Shown: positions 18,387 through 29,628, counted from the first letter of the stretch. The stretch: 32,000 nt of DNA from Acaryochloris thomasi RCC1774 (GCF_003231495.1 NZ_PQWO01000007.1:234424-266423); one strand, 5' to 3'. The notes: generated from the letters alone by a model not told the origin. Numbers and translations: made by a program.

Positions 18387-18867
18387 AAATCATGCAAAGG
18401 CCGCAGTTGAGGCAGGCCAATCTTTTAAAGGAAAACAGAAATAGCTCAGGAAAAATATTGCTGAGGCTGCAGGAGGGCCGTGATATCGCTAGGCAATATA
18501 GACTCCCGCCTAGTTTAACGGATTCTCAGGCCAGAGACTCACAATGTTGATGGAGGCAATATCTCCAGGTACAGCGGCCAGTAAGAGAAGTGTCAGAACC
18601 GCTCTATCTAGAAGTTGAAACGGCCTGATTTCTACCCAGATTACGAAGGTTTGCGAAAGGCAAAATCCTGCTGCGGAGGCCGTATTTATAGAGATATGCC
18701 AAGAAGTTGACCGAAAATCTGCTGCCGTTAGACAGATTAGCGGTCAGAAATCGGAAAGACCTGATAAGCTTTGGGTGATATTAGCTGGCTCTAGGGTGGG
18801 TCTAGGTCTTACATCAGCTCAAATCTAGAGCGACAATGCAGACGAGCTAAGCGTTGGGAGTCAATAG

Positions 18868-19233
18868 ATGCGACAAGTTAACTTCACTCTAATTTTTGTC
18901 ATTTGCTTAGCGTTGGTTTTATTTGGGATTGAGAACACTCAGCTCGTTCCCATCAAAATCATTGAAGGGGTAGAAATCAGAGCGCCGCTTTCAGTAGAAC
19001 TAATCGTTACCCTGGGGATTGGTGCTGTCTTGGCCTGGATCTTTAGCGTTTGGGTCCAAGTGCAGTCGAGCCTATCAGCGAAGGAGATCGTTGAAGAGCG
19101 AGAAGTCCAGATTCATAACCTTCAAGAAGACATTGAGCGGTACAAGGCCGAACTAGAAGAGCAGCAGCGATTACTGCCCAGCGTCAGTTCATCTAGAGAG
19201 CCACGGACCAGAACGGCTGGAAGTGATCAATAA
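18868..19233 (+). CDS. LapA-domain (DUF1049) membrane protein with a C-terminal coiled coil
   Basis: Two TM segments flank an IENTQLVPIKII loop, as in LapA/DUF1049. The tail is a charged helix (EIVEEREVQIHNLQEDIERYKAELEEQQ). Confidence 0.6.
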   Translation: MRQVNFTLIFVICLALVLFGIENTQLVPIKIIEGVEIRAPLSVELIVTLGIGAVLAWIFSVWVQVQSSLSAKEIVEEREVQIHNLQEDIERYKAELEEQQRLLPSVSSSREPRTRTAGSDQ

Positions 19234-19256
19234 ATTCCATTAACTAGAGTTCGGCC

Positions 19257-20015
19257 ATGAGCACATCCTTTGCCCAAAATGCAATCTCCATGCTGATTGA
19301 CATGGCTCAACGCGGCGAAATCGATCCCTGGGATGTGCAGGTGATTGATGTGTTTGACAAGTTCCTAAACGAGCTGTCCTATCAAGACTCTCAAGAGCTT
19401 GCGACCTCAGGGCAAGCATTTTTATACGCATCAATGCTGGTGTTTTTGAAGGCAGAGACGCTAGACCCCCATGCGGGGACAGAGGAGCCAGAAGAGGATT
19501 TTGAGCAGCTCTTTCTAGAAGATGCAGACCCTAATGCTGCCCCTTTGCCTTCGCATCTAGAAGACTATCTACAGCGCCGTCCCGTAGCCTGCCCGCCCCA
19601 AAAGCGGCGCGTCACTCTAACAGAGCTGATTCATCAACTTGAGCTGATGGCGGTGGCGGTGGATCGTCAGTCTCGACGACCGAAGTTGCGCCGCGTCAAG
19701 CGACCGTCGCGTGCTCAGTCAATGAAGGCGATCGCCCAGCTTGCCCACCAAGAAAATCTTTCTGAAGTTGCGGAAGAGCTTGAGGTTCTGCTGGCAGAGC
19801 TTTGTTTAGACGAAGAAAGCTGGCTAGACCTCAAGGATCTGCTGACGGTCAAGAATGATCCGGTCGGCGTATTTTGGGCCTTACTAATTCTCTGCGCCCA
19901 GTCTAAGGTCGAATTGGATCAGTCTAATTTTTACCAGGACTTGCGGTTACGCCCCCTAACCCCCGAACCACCCGCTAAAATTGAGCTGCCAAACTTTAAT
20001 TCGGCAGCTTCGTAA
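19257..20015 (+). CDS. scpA: segregation and condensation protein A (kleisin)
   Basis: AISMLIDMAQRGEIDPWDVQVIDVFDKFL...SGQAFLYASMLVFLKAETL is the conserved ScpA N-terminus. Confidence 0.8.
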   Translation: MSTSFAQNAISMLIDMAQRGEIDPWDVQVIDVFDKFLNELSYQDSQELATSGQAFLYASMLVFLKAETLDPHAGTEEPEEDFEQLFLEDADPNAAPLPSHLEDYLQRRPVACPPQKRRVTLTELIHQLELMAVAVDRQSRRPKLRRVKRPSRAQSMKAIAQLAHQENLSEVAEELEVLLAELCLDEESWLDLKDLLTVKNDPVGVFWALLILCAQSKVELDQSNFYQDLRLRPLTPEPPAKIELPNFNSAAS

Positions 20016-20035
20016 TCGACAAGTTGTACTGAACT

Positions 20036-20938
20036 TTATACGTTGGACTCTGCCTGCATATCTGTGACGAGCTGCTCAAGTTGATTGCTGGTTGCTTTGT
20101 AGGTCTCACCACAGAAATCACAGGTGGCTTCTGCACCATCGTCTTCGACAATCATGTCTTTGAGCTCTGCTTGACCCAGCAATTTTAGCGCTCCTAAAAC
20201 ACGTTCCATTGAGCACTTGCATTGGAATCGCACAAGCTGTCGCTGGGGCATAATGTCGAGTCCCATATCGCCCAAAAGATCTTCTAGGATCTCTGGCAGG
20301 GTCTTGCCAGCCTGTAGAAGCGGTGTAAACCCTTGAAGCTGAGCAATGCGAGATTCTAGGGTAGCAACCAGTGCCTCGTCACGGGCTGCTTTGGGCAATA
20401 CCTGAATCAGCAATCCTCCGGCAGCGCTCACGCCTTGAGAGTCTACAAAGACGCCCAGCACTAAAGCAGAGGGGGTTTGCTCGGAGGTTACAAGATAGTG
20501 GGCAATATCTTCACCAATTTCTCCTGAGACAATTTCTACGGTGCTGGAATAGGGGTAGCCATGACCAATATCGCGAACCACGTATAGGAACCCTTCATGC
20601 CCAACAGCTCCCCCCACGTCTAACTTGCCTTTAGCGTTCGGAGGCAGCTCAACTGTGGGATTAGTCACGTATCCTCTGACGGTGCCGTCGAGACCGGCAT
20701 CGACGAAAATGCTTGATAGAGGACCGTTGCCCTTCACGCGGATGTTGATCCGCGACTGGGAGGGCTTCATGCTCGAAACCAACAGTAAACCCGCTGACAT
20801 TGTCCGGCCTAGGGCTGCAGTGGCAACGTAGGATAGCTGGTGGCGCTGTCTGGCTTCTTCGGTCAGGCGAGTGGTAATAACTCCCACAGCTCGAATGCCG
20901 TTCTCTGCGGCAGTGGCACGAATGAGTTGGTCAGCCAT
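20036..20938 (-). CDS. hslO: redox-regulated chaperone Hsp33
   Basis: A full-length Hsp33 pattern with the C-terminal zinc centre CKCS...CDFCGETY. Confidence 0.92.
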   Translation of the reverse strand: MADQLIRATAAENGIRAVGVITTRLTEEARQRHQLSYVATAALGRTMSAGLLLVSSMKPSQSRINIRVKGNGPLSSIFVDAGLDGTVRGYVTNPTVELPPNAKGKLDVGGAVGHEGFLYVVRDIGHGYPYSSTVEIVSGEIGEDIAHYLVTSEQTPSALVLGVFVDSQGVSAAGGLLIQVLPKAARDEALVATLESRIAQLQGFTPLLQAGKTLPEILEDLLGDMGLDIMPQRQLVRFQCKCSMERVLGALKLLGQAELKDMIVEDDGAEATCDFCGETYKATSNQLEQLVTDMQAESNV

Positions 20939-21142
20939 GTGAAGTTTTACGTTTTTTGACAGAATGAGTCTAACGTATTTTTGGTCGGGCCTCCGTCACT
21001 GACCAACGAGGACAGTGAATTGAGGCTTGGAAGACTGAATATACCCATATTTTTGAAGTACAGCAGCCTGACAGCGAGTAATGTAGATATAGTTGTTAGG
21101 GTTGTTTGATCAACTTCTTCCTTCCTAAAGCGTTGTGCCATC

Positions 21143-22909
21143 GTGAAGGCAGCGCGTATCGATGATGAGCTGATGCGTAATACAGAAGACGCAATGACCA
21201 CTAATGAGACCAGCGGCAGGCAGTCCCGAAGGCTGAAAGGGGTGCGATCGCAACCCCTAACGCTACGCTTGCTGTCTCACTGGCAAGCCTGCGCGGCTTT
21301 GTTCATTGTCTGTGCGGGGCTATTGGGAACCGGCTCCTATTACATGCTGGTGTACCAGCGAACCAAGCTAACCTGTAACAATGTCTTTTGGCCTTTTGCT
21401 TCAGCCTCTCTGCGGCTTTACTGTGCTCAGCAACAAGCAGAGAAAAACACGCTAGAAGATCTGTTCGCGGCCATTGGCCTTGTGGATGTTTTAGGTAAAA
21501 ACCATCCCCTTAGAGCTGCGATCAATCCTCAGATCGAAGAATGGTCGGACCGGGCACTTGATCTGGCAGAGAAAGCATTCCACGAAGGCAAGCTGAAGCG
21601 AGCGATTTCCTTTGCCAATCGCATTCCAGATCGGACAGCGGCACACAAGGTTGTGCAGTCCCGCATCAAGCGCTGGAAAGAGATTTGGGCAGAGGGCGAG
21701 GGTATCTATAAGAAGGCAGAAGATACGCTGCAGCAAGAGAATTGGCGGCAGGCTTTTTCGATCATGGTGGGATTGCTCAAGGTTGACAATCGCTACTGGT
21801 CTCAGACGCAGTATGAGGCGATGAACAAGCGGATTCTGCAGGCCCAAAAAGACGAAAAGGTGCTGGCAAAGGCGAAGGATTTGATTCGGTCTGGGGGGTT
21901 AGACAATCTTTCTGAGGCTTTAGGTTTAGCAAGAGACCTGGGGCCAGAGAGCGTTTTTCACAAGTCTGCGAAGGGCACTATCGAAAGAATTGCTCAGCGT
22001 CTAATGCAGGTGGCTGAGACGGCTCTACAGCGGCGGGACTTAACCACGGCGCTAGATGCCTCACAGTTAATCCCACGAGAAACCAAGCTCGGGCAGCGCT
22101 CTAAAGATTTTGTAGATTTAGCCTATGCATCCGCCTCTTCTTGGTCAGGGACGGCTTCTGGGCTACAGGATGCCATCACTGAGGTTCGGAAGATTGAGGC
22201 TAGCAGTCCTTTATACAATCAGGCCCAGTCTTTAGCTCTTAAGTGGGAGGGACAGCTAGCCAGCTTAAGACAGCAGCAAGAGCTGGCTCAGGCAAGGGTG
22301 AATGACAGTTACCCTAACTCAGTTGCGGACAGCATCCCGGACAGCATTCTCAGCTGGGAGGAACCGATCGTCCGAGACAACAGGGTATCAAGACAGGCAT
22401 CTGCCGATCAGTCTTTGTTAGATCGTGCAGATTCTCTATCGCTCAATGGCGATCGCAAGTCCCTAGGCGAGGCGATTCAGCTTGCTCAGCGAATTGTGCC
22501 GGGTCGTCCTTTTTACGAAGATGCTCAGGCCCGCGTGGCCGATTGGGAATTTCAGCTCCAGCAGCTCGATAATCCTCGTTTTGAAGAGTTTCCTGAGACG
22601 TTAGCGCCTGAACCCGATAACTCTGGTAAAGAGCTATGGCAAGAAGCGCAAGGATATGCCAGTCAGAACAGTCCAGGGGGGCTATCTGCAGCCGTTGAGG
22701 TGGCTAACCGAATTGGCCCGAATTCGCCCTTCCGAGCGCAGGCAGAGCAGTCAATGGCTTCCTGGAGTGAGAGGATTTTGACCATCGCTCAGACACAGGC
22801 GAATTCTGACCTGCCTAAGGCAATTGCGATCGCGCAGCAAATTCCGGCTTTGAGTCCTGTATACGATGTTGCCCAAAAGCAGATCAGACAGTGGCAAAAC
22901 CGCAGCTAG
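21143..22909 (+). CDS. membrane-anchored repeat protein of unknown function (about 9 helical-hairpin repeats)
   Basis: One TM helix (ACAALFIVCAGLLGTGSYYMLVY) is followed by repeats of the form A[IV]..A..I....P.Y..AQ..I..W. The start is uncertain: GTG at 21143, or ATG at 21173 or 21194. Confidence 0.6.
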   Translation: MKAARIDDELMRNTEDAMTTNETSGRQSRRLKGVRSQPLTLRLLSHWQACAALFIVCAGLLGTGSYYMLVYQRTKLTCNNVFWPFASASLRLYCAQQQAEKNTLEDLFAAIGLVDVLGKNHPLRAAINPQIEEWSDRALDLAEKAFHEGKLKRAISFANRIPDRTAAHKVVQSRIKRWKEIWAEGEGIYKKAEDTLQQENWRQAFSIMVGLLKVDNRYWSQTQYEAMNKRILQAQKDEKVLAKAKDLIRSGGLDNLSEALGLARDLGPESVFHKSAKGTIERIAQRLMQVAETALQRRDLTTALDASQLIPRETKLGQRSKDFVDLAYASASSWSGTASGLQDAITEVRKIEASSPLYNQAQSLALKWEGQLASLRQQQELAQARVNDSYPNSVADSIPDSILSWEEPIVRDNRVSRQASADQSLLDRADSLSLNGDRKSLGEAIQLAQRIVPGRPFYEDAQARVADWEFQLQQLDNPRFEEFPETLAPEPDNSGKELWQEAQGYASQNSPGGLSAAVEVANRIGPNSPFRAQAEQSMASWSERILTIAQTQANSDLPKAIAIAQQIPALSPVYDVAQKQIRQWQNRS

Positions 22910-23039
22910 TCTAGTTTTAAGCAGAGATGAAGATCTTCTTGACTCTGTACTTATACACTGACATGATTTTTATACAACGATGCTTTATCAGCAACATAGC
23001 TGGACCACTACAGTGATATCGTATTGCCAGCAAACAAGC

Positions 23040-23285
23040 AGAGTAGCGATCTCTTTCCCCACGTTGTCGCCCTGCCAATAATCCTTCAATGCCAATGTGT
23101 TCGTCTAAGTCCATCTACTCAATGGCCTAGCTATCACCAAGAAGCTGCTAGTTTTGCCGTTCTTTCGCAGAAGCATTCAGCAGGCGAGGATGCCAAGCAA
23201 GAGGAATCAATAAGCTGCGCCCGTCTCTCAAGTCCACCACAATTTTTCACTCGTGAGCTGCACCTACGCGGCTAGAAATACTGTT
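23040..23285 (-). pseudogene. DUF2442-like pseudogene
   Basis: One frame reads KIVVDLRDGRSLLIPLAWHPRLLNASAKERQN*QLLGDS*AIE*MDLDEHIGIEGLLAGRQ. In-frame stops fall at 23247-23249 (TGA) and at 23148-23150, 23127-23129 and 23115-23117 (all TAG). No intact start codon remains. Confidence 0.6.
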
Positions 23286-23381
23286 TCAAAGGTCAAGGTA
23301 GTCATACCAAACCTCCAGCAATATTTGCTTGTGTTCCTCTACCCGTCGGGTGATGTCATTGAGTTCATGATCCTTGAACCC
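23286..23381 (-). pseudogene. 3' remnant (~31 codons) of a DUF4160-like gene, overlapped by the dipeptidase 3' end
   Basis: GFKDHELNDITRRVEEHKQILLEVWYDYLDL* resembles the C-terminus of DUF4160 proteins (GF...E...I...VEE....LL..W.EYF). Upstream codons in this frame lie inside the dipeptidase CDS and show no DUF4160 similarity. Confidence 0.45.
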
Positions 23382-24585
23382 GCGACCTTTTTTTCGGAAG
23401 CGTTTGCTGCAGGAGGCCGATGATGTTGAGGCCCATGATCTTTTTAATCTCGATATCGGTAAACTCATCTTTGCGGAGTGCATCAGTCACCTGAACAATA
23501 TCAGCCACATAAAAGGGCATCCGCACGGCTCCATCGAAGTCTGAGCCAAGGGCGACGTGATCAACCCCTACTAAATCAGCGGTATATCGAATCGCTCGGA
23601 CAATGGCGTCGGCATTCTCGCCACAGATGGCTGTTTTCCAAAAGCCAATTCCAATGATGCCGCCCGTGGCTGCGATTTTTTGGAGGTTGCGATCACTTAA
23701 ATTCCGAGCATTATCACAGGTCCCTTGGACGCCTGTGTGAGAAACCAATACTGGACGCTGGGCAAGCTGAAGCACATCATCAATAGTCTGAGGAGAGGCA
23801 TGGGCAAGATCGACAATCATATTGAGATCTTCGATACGTCTCAAGACTTCCTTACCCAAGGGCGTCAGGCCACTTTGATTGATGCCATGCGCAGATCCAC
23901 TCACCTCGTTATCAAAAAAGTGAGCTAACCCAACGATGCGGAATCCTGCTTCATAGAGGCTATCAATGTTTTCCAGCTTTCCTTCAATGGCCTGTGCTCC
24001 CTCCAAACCTAGCAAACCGGCTGTTATTTGTGGGTTGTCCTGTCGCTGAGCAAGATAGGTGTTTATATCTGTAGCTGTTCTGATAATGCTGAATTGACCG
24101 GATGCTCTTTGTTCTAATGCCTGTAGCTGTCGGGCCTGGTGGAGCGCTCGCTGTTTGAGGCTAAACCATGTTGATATTGGCCAACGCTGTAAAAGTGCAA
24201 GCCGGATAATACTATCGCTTTGACTAGTGTTACCTTCTAGCTTCAGTGGGGCAGGAACTTTGGTGACGACGGTAAACGTTTGTAGTGCGACATTGCCCTC
24301 AACCAAGCGAGGAATATCGACGTGACCGTGGCTTGAGCGTTTTAGTAAATCCCGCCCCCATAGCAAAGAGTCTGCATGTAGATCTGCGATTGTTAGCGAC
24401 TGGTGCAGAGCTTTAGATTCAGGTGTGATCTGCTGGATGGTTGACGAGTGAGTCGAATTGAAACGTTTAGCGACGAAAGCTGGCCCTGTAGAGAAAATAA
24501 CGATTGCTAACGTGAGGCTGAGGAGCAGAACAAATAGTAGCCCTGATCGGAGAAATAATCTACGAGGACGCTTTTTCCGCTTCAT
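23365..24585 (-). CDS. membrane-anchored M19 (renal-type) dipeptidase
   Basis: An N-terminal basic stretch plus TM anchor is followed by ADLHADSLLW, VDLAHASPQTIDDVL...PVLVSHTG and LGSDFDG. Confidence 0.85.
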   Translation of the reverse strand: MKRKKRPRRLFLRSGLLFVLLLSLTLAIVIFSTGPAFVAKRFNSTHSSTIQQITPESKALHQSLTIADLHADSLLWGRDLLKRSSHGHVDIPRLVEGNVALQTFTVVTKVPAPLKLEGNTSQSDSIIRLALLQRWPISTWFSLKQRALHQARQLQALEQRASGQFSIIRTATDINTYLAQRQDNPQITAGLLGLEGAQAIEGKLENIDSLYEAGFRIVGLAHFFDNEVSGSAHGINQSGLTPLGKEVLRRIEDLNMIVDLAHASPQTIDDVLQLAQRPVLVSHTGVQGTCDNARNLSDRNLQKIAATGGIIGIGFWKTAICGENADAIVRAIRYTADLVGVDHVALGSDFDGAVRMPFYVADIVQVTDALRKDEFTDIEIKKIMGLNIIGLLQQTLPKKRSRVQGS

Positions 24586-24608
24586 AATCAGTTAAAGATG
24601 AAACAGAA

Positions 24609-25868
24609 TCAACCAAAGATGCCGCCGAAAAACTCGATCGCATCTTTCAAAGACACCACAAAAGCATCAATCTCTGCTTGAGTGTTGTAGAAATACAGAC
24701 TCGCCCGCGCTGTTGACTGCGCTTTTATACAACGATGAAGCGGCTGTGTACAATGATGCCCCGCCCGAATCGCAACACCCGCCTGATCCAAAATTGTAGA
24801 GAGATCGTGGGGATGCACTTCACCCGCTGTAAACGATGCCAAAGCCGCTCTGCCCTCGCCTTTCGCATCCGGCTGAGGTCCGTAAATCTTCAGCTCAGGA
24901 ATCTTGTTGAGCTGTTGGAAGAGATAAGCTGTTAACTCTGCTTCGTAGGCATGAATTTTATCCATACCAATGTTGGTTAGGTAATCAACTGCCGCGCCTA
25001 AGCCGATAGCTTCTGCGATCGCAGGTGTCCCCGCTTCAAACTTATGGGGTACATCTGCGTATGTGGAGTGATCCAAGAACACATCCGCAATCATCTCACC
25101 ACCGCCCAAAAACGGAGGCATTGACCGCAGCAGATCCCGCTTGCCGTAGAGAAAACCAATCCCCGTTGGACCACACATCTTATGACCAGAAGCCACTAAC
25201 CAATCACAGTCCATTGCCTGCACATCAATTGCCATGTGAGGCACACTCTGACAGGCATCCACCAGCACCTTGGCACCGTACTGGTGAGCAATGGTGATGA
25301 CTTCTTCAACTGGGTTGATGCAGCCCAATGTATTGGAAGCATGAACAACGCCCACCAGCTTTGTCTTGTCAGAAACAAGAGAACGGAACTGTTCTAAATC
25401 AAACTCCTGAGTCTCTGTTAACTCGACGAACTTGAGAACGGCCCCCGTCTTCTGCGACAGAATCTGCCAAGGAATCAGATTGCTGTGATGCTCCATCACC
25501 GTAAGAACAATTTCATCCCCAGCCTGGAGCGTTTGGCCCCAGGCGTGAGCCACCAAGTTAATCGCTTCAGTGGCGTTGCGGGTGTAGATGATCTCTTCCC
25601 GACGGGCTGCGTTGATAAACGCCTGAATCTTATCTCTAGCGCCTTCGTAAGCATCCGTTGCCCGCGCACTCAGGGTATGAACCCCGCGATGAACGTTGGC
25701 GTTATCTTGCTGATAGTAATCTTGCAGCGCTTGCAGAACTGCCGTCGGCTTCTGCGAAGTCGCCGCATTGTCTAGATAAACTAGCGGACTTCCGTTGACT
25801 TCCTGATTCAGGATGGGGAAATCAGAGCGGACTTGATCTGCGATCGTTGTTTTTTCTAGAGCAAGCAT
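24609..25868 (-). CDS. sufS: cysteine desulfurase SufS
   Basis: A group II desulfurase: [11 protein letters not shown], the [15 protein letters not shown]-lysine region and RAGHHCTQP active-site Cys loop. It is the last gene of sufBCDS. Confidence 0.95.
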   Translation of the reverse strand: MLALEKTTIADQVRSDFPILNQEVNGSPLVYLDNAATSQKPTAVLQALQDYYQQDNANVHRGVHTLSARATDAYEGARDKIQAFINAARREEIIYTRNATEAINLVAHAWGQTLQAGDEIVLTVMEHHSNLIPWQILSQKTGAVLKFVELTETQEFDLEQFRSLVSDKTKLVGVVHASNTLGCINPVEEVITIAHQYGAKVLVDACQSVPHMAIDVQAMDCDWLVASGHKMCGPTGIGFLYGKRDLLRSMPPFLGGGEMIADVFLDHSTYADVPHKFEAGTPAIAEAIGLGAAVDYLTNIGMDKIHAYEAELTAYLFQQLNKIPELKIYGPQPDAKGEGRAALASFTAGEVHPHDLSTILDQAGVAIRAGHHCTQPLHRCIKAQSTARASLYFYNTQAEIDAFVVSLKDAIEFFGGIFG

Positions 25869-25909
25869 AGGGGGTTCAGATTCCGGGGGTAGGACTTCAG
25901 ATTTAAGAA

Positions 25910-27232
25910 CTAGCGGAGACGGGACAAAACATCTTCAAGTAGACCTTGCCGAATAGAAGGCACTGGAATTTTCTCCAGAATTTCTGCGGCAAAGGCTTTA
26001 ACCAAAAGATCGCAGGCGTTGTCATGATCCAGCCCTCGGCTTTGGAGGTAGAAAACCTCATCATCTTCGAGCTGACTAACGGTTGCACCGTGGGCGCACT
26101 TTACGTCGTCTGCAACGATCTCAAGCTGAGGCTTAGTGTCTACTCTGGCTTTAGGCGACAGGAGCAGATTCCGGCTGAGCTGTGCTGCATTGGTTTGCTG
26201 CGCGGCCTTGGGTACAAAAATTCTGCCGTTAAATACAGCACGAGCATGATCATCGACGATGCACTTGTGGAGCTGCTGAGCTTGGCAGTGGGCCTGCGAG
26301 AAGGTCAGTGCTGAGTGGGTATCCGCCACCTGTGAATCGGTGGCCAGCGTCAGACCATCTAAGATCGTTTCCGTTTGCTCTTCGGTAACAATCTCAGGGT
26401 TATGGCGTGATAGCTGACCGCCCAAACTGATGGCAATAGAGCAATAGCGGCTATCTCGCTTCTGAGACACAGCCGTTTTCCCAATATGAAAGGCGGTGGT
26501 TTCTTCGCGCTGCAGTCGAATGTGGTTGACCTGGGCATTAGCGGCCAAGAAGATTTCCGCGACTGCGTTGGTGAAGGTCTGGGCACCAACGCTAACGAAG
26601 TCTTCAACCAAGGTGACGGTACTGCCGGTTTCAGCAACCACTAACACCCGAGGATAAGCCACGGTTGGTGCTTCACCCTGGGCTGCAGAGACAAATAGCA
26701 GATGAATCGGTGCTTCAATACTCTGGTTACGGTCCACCTTCAGAACAGCCGCATCAGTGAAGTTACAGCTATTGAGGGCCGTGAACACCTCTTCTGCACC
26801 ATGGGTTTTTCCGAGGTACTCCTGGAAAGAGGCATCTAGATTCTTCAGCGTTGTAATCTGGAGTCCAGAGACTTCTGCTTGGCTAGAAAGGTCCGGCGCA
26901 AATACTCCGTTAACAAACACAAGACGGATGGCCGCGTCTGACCAACTGTGGGCCTGAATCTGCTCCGCTGTCACCGTTGCCGCTGCAGGCTGAAATGGGA
27001 TTTTATACAGCGATGACGGATCGGTAAATCGCCACTCTTCGGTTTTGTTACTGGGGAGAGCTTGGTCTTGGATTAGAGTTAAGTTGCGATCGCGAACCCC
27101 CATAACCCAATCCGGCACCTCAGCCCCGAACTCAGCCCGCTGACTAATCAACGTATTTAAATAAGCCTGGCGCTCAGCATCACCGCGTCCCTTGAGATCA
27201 GAAGGTGTCACTTCAATCGTAGAAATCGTCAT
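25910..27232 (-). CDS. sufD: Fe-S cluster assembly protein SufD
   Basis: A 440-aa SufD pattern ([33 protein letters not shown]). Its ATG overlaps the sufC TAA by 1 nt. Confidence 0.93.
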   Translation of the reverse strand: MTISTIEVTPSDLKGRGDAERQAYLNTLISQRAEFGAEVPDWVMGVRDRNLTLIQDQALPSNKTEEWRFTDPSSLYKIPFQPAAATVTAEQIQAHSWSDAAIRLVFVNGVFAPDLSSQAEVSGLQITTLKNLDASFQEYLGKTHGAEEVFTALNSCNFTDAAVLKVDRNQSIEAPIHLLFVSAAQGEAPTVAYPRVLVVAETGSTVTLVEDFVSVGAQTFTNAVAEIFLAANAQVNHIRLQREETTAFHIGKTAVSQKRDSRYCSIAISLGGQLSRHNPEIVTEEQTETILDGLTLATDSQVADTHSALTFSQAHCQAQQLHKCIVDDHARAVFNGRIFVPKAAQQTNAAQLSRNLLLSPKARVDTKPQLEIVADDVKCAHGATVSQLEDDEVFYLQSRGLDHDNACDLLVKAFAAEILEKIPVPSIRQGLLEDVLSRLR

Positions 27233-28008
27233 TAGGCCACCCCCGCAGGCTGAAGCCAGTCATAGCCCTTCTCTTCTAGCTCTAACGCTAGATCCTTATC
27301 ACCCGTGGTCAAGATGCGACCACCCTGCATTACGTGCACATAGTCCGGCACGATGTAGTCCAGCAAGCGCTGATAGTGGGTAATCAGCAGTACAGCATTC
27401 TCGGGATTAGTGAGCTGATTGACGCCATTCGAGACAATCTTAAGGGCATCAATATCTAGCCCTGAGTCAGTTTCGTCTAGAATCGCTAGCGTTGGTTCCA
27501 GCAATGCCATCTGGAGAATTTCGTTTCGCTTCTTCTCGCCACCCGAAAACCCTTCGTTGACGCTGCGGTTGAGAAAGGCTGGATCCATCTTGACTACATC
27601 CAGTCGCTCACGGACCAGATCATCAAAATCGAAAGCATCCAGCTCCTCTTCACCCAAGTGCTGACGCTTGGCGTTGTAGGCCACTCGCAAAAAATCTAGA
27701 TTAGAAACCCCAGGGATTTCTAAGGGGTACTGGAAGGCGAGGAAAATGCCAGAACGAGATCGCTCTTCAGGTTCCAAGTCAAAAAGATTCTTACCCTTGT
27801 ATAGAACCTCTCCCCCCTTCACTTTATAAGCCGGATGACCTGCAAGCAGCTTAGAGAGCGTACTTTTACCAGACCCGTTTGGACCCATGATGGCGTGAAT
27901 TTCGCCCGCCTTAATTTCGAGATTAACGCCCTTGAGTATGGAATTTCCATCCACCTCAGCCGTTAAATCCTTAATGGATAGAATTACTTCACTGTTTTCA
28001 ACAATCAC
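27232..28008 (-). CDS. sufC: Fe-S cluster assembly ATPase SufC
   Basis: GPNGSGKST Walker A, the [13 protein letters not shown] signature and [12 protein letters not shown] Walker B. The start is a GTG at 28006-28008. Confidence 0.95.
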   Translation of the reverse strand: MIVENSEVILSIKDLTAEVDGNSILKGVNLEIKAGEIHAIMGPNGSGKSTLSKLLAGHPAYKVKGGEVLYKGKNLFDLEPEERSRSGIFLAFQYPLEIPGVSNLDFLRVAYNAKRQHLGEEELDAFDFDDLVRERLDVVKMDPAFLNRSVNEGFSGGEKKRNEILQMALLEPTLAILDETDSGLDIDALKIVSNGVNQLTNPENAVLLITHYQRLLDYIVPDYVHVMQGGRILTTGDKDLALELEEKGYDWLQPAGVA

Positions 28009-28112
28009 CCTTGAACCTCTAAATTCCTGCGTCTACAACAAAACTCGTTCACTCAAACCGAACGCCCAATCCAGGACTGGGCTAGGTTTCTAAAACGATT
28101 CACTCTGACGAT

Positions 28113-29549
28113 CTAGCCGACGCTCCCTTCGAGCTTCAGACTTAACAGACGGTCTGCTTCGACCGCAAACTCCATGGGGAGCTGGTTGAAGACATCTTTG
28201 CAGAAGCCGCTAATCATCATGGAGACAGCATCTTCCATCGAAATGCCGCGCTGGGCAAAGTAGAAGAGCTGGTCTTCGCCAATCTTGGAGGTCGAAGCCT
28301 CATGCTCCACCTTGGCAGTGTGATTCTGCACCTGAATATACGGGAAAGTATTGGCCTCTGCATCACTCCCAATCAGCATCGAATCACACTGAGAGTAGTT
28401 ACGAGCACCCTTGGCCTTCGGTCCCATCTTCACCAGACCGCGATAGCTGTTCTGAGAACGTCCCGCAGAAATCCCCTTTGAGATGATCGTGCTGCGAGTG
28501 TTTTTACCGATGTGAAACATCTTGGTCCCGGTATCGGCCTGCTGCATATTGTTGGTGAGCGCCACTGAGTAGAACTCGCCCACAGAGTTATCGCCCACCA
28601 AAACACAGCTCGGATACTTCCAGGTAATAGCAGATCCCGTCTCCACCTGAGTCCAGGAGATCTTGGAGTTTTTACCCGCACACAACCCACGCTTCGTGAC
28701 GAAGTTATAAATACCACCCTTACCGTTCTCGTCCCCGGCATACCAGTTCTGAACGGTGGAGTACTTAATATCGGCATCATCTAAGGCAACCAGTTCAACG
28801 ACTGCAGCATGAAGCTGATTAGTGTCGAACATCGGCGCAGTACAGCCCTCTAGATAACTCACAGAGCTACCTTCTTCAGCAATGATTAGGGTGCGCTCAA
28901 ACTGACCCGCCCCTTCTGTATTGATGCGGAAGTAGGTTGAAAGCTCCATCGGGCATTTGGTGCCTTTGGGAATATAGACGAAGGAGCCATCACTAAAGAC
29001 GGCTGAGTTCAGAGCTGCGAAGAAGTTATCTCCAGTAGGAACAACGCTACCGAGATACTTCTTGACCAGCTCAGGATAATCATGAACAGCCTCAGAGATT
29101 GAGCAGAAAATGACACCATCTTTAGCGAGCTGCTCCCGGAAAGTAGTGGCAACGGAGACGCTATCAAAGACGGCATCTACCGCGACGTTAGAGAGGCGTT
29201 TTTGCTCAGAAAGCGGAATACCCAGCTTTTCAAAGGTTTCCAGAAGCGTTGGATCGACTTCGTCTAAGCTCTTCTTTTTCTCCTGCTCTTTGGGCGCGGT
29301 GTAATAAGAGATGTCTTGATAGTCAATGGCCGGGTAGTGGACATGGGGCCAATCTGGCTCTGTCATTTTCAGCCACTGCCGATAGCCCTTGAGCCGAAAC
29401 TCAAGCATGAATTCGGGTTCATTCTTTTTCGCTGAAATCATCCGAACGACATCTTCACTCAGACCCCGAGGGATGGTATCGACTTCAATGTCGGTGACAA
29501 AGCCGTACTTATAAGGTTCGTTAACAAGGGTTTTAACGCTTGCAGTCAT
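28113..29549 (-). CDS. sufB: Fe-S cluster assembly scaffold SufB
   Basis: Track ORF trimmed to the ATG at 29547-29549 ([17 protein letters not shown]...), with AGGAA upstream. The SufB core is conserved throughout. Confidence 0.95.
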   Translation of the reverse strand: MTASVKTLVNEPYKYGFVTDIEVDTIPRGLSEDVVRMISAKKNEPEFMLEFRLKGYRQWLKMTEPDWPHVHYPAIDYQDISYYTAPKEQEKKKSLDEVDPTLLETFEKLGIPLSEQKRLSNVAVDAVFDSVSVATTFREQLAKDGVIFCSISEAVHDYPELVKKYLGSVVPTGDNFFAALNSAVFSDGSFVYIPKGTKCPMELSTYFRINTEGAGQFERTLIIAEEGSSVSYLEGCTAPMFDTNQLHAAVVELVALDDADIKYSTVQNWYAGDENGKGGIYNFVTKRGLCAGKNSKISWTQVETGSAITWKYPSCVLVGDNSVGEFYSVALTNNMQQADTGTKMFHIGKNTRSTIISKGISAGRSQNSYRGLVKMGPKAKGARNYSQCDSMLIGSDAEANTFPYIQVQNHTAKVEHEASTSKIGEDQLFYFAQRGISMEDAVSMMISGFCKDVFNQLPMEFAVEADRLLSLKLEGSVG

Positions 29550-29628
29550 GGGGTTCCTACTCTCTAGGGATGCTTTCGGTGACCTTATAGCCAGCGGACC
29601 GACGAAGGACACGTGTATAATCTTAAAA

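Noticed and set aside
18387-18867. 481-bp ORF-free region between prfA and the LapA-like gene, examined for a structured RNA gene
   Set aside because: I could not find RNase P, tmRNA, SRP or tRNA signature sequences or a strong terminator. It is most simply a pair of divergent promoters, though a covariance-model scan would be needed to exclude an sRNA.
22968-24737. Identical 15-mer ttttatacaacgatg at 22968-22982 and 24723-24737 (encoding HRCIK on the minus strand in both places)
   Set aside because: The number of repeated 15-mers expected by chance in 32 kb is about 0.5, and there is no extended similarity around either copy.
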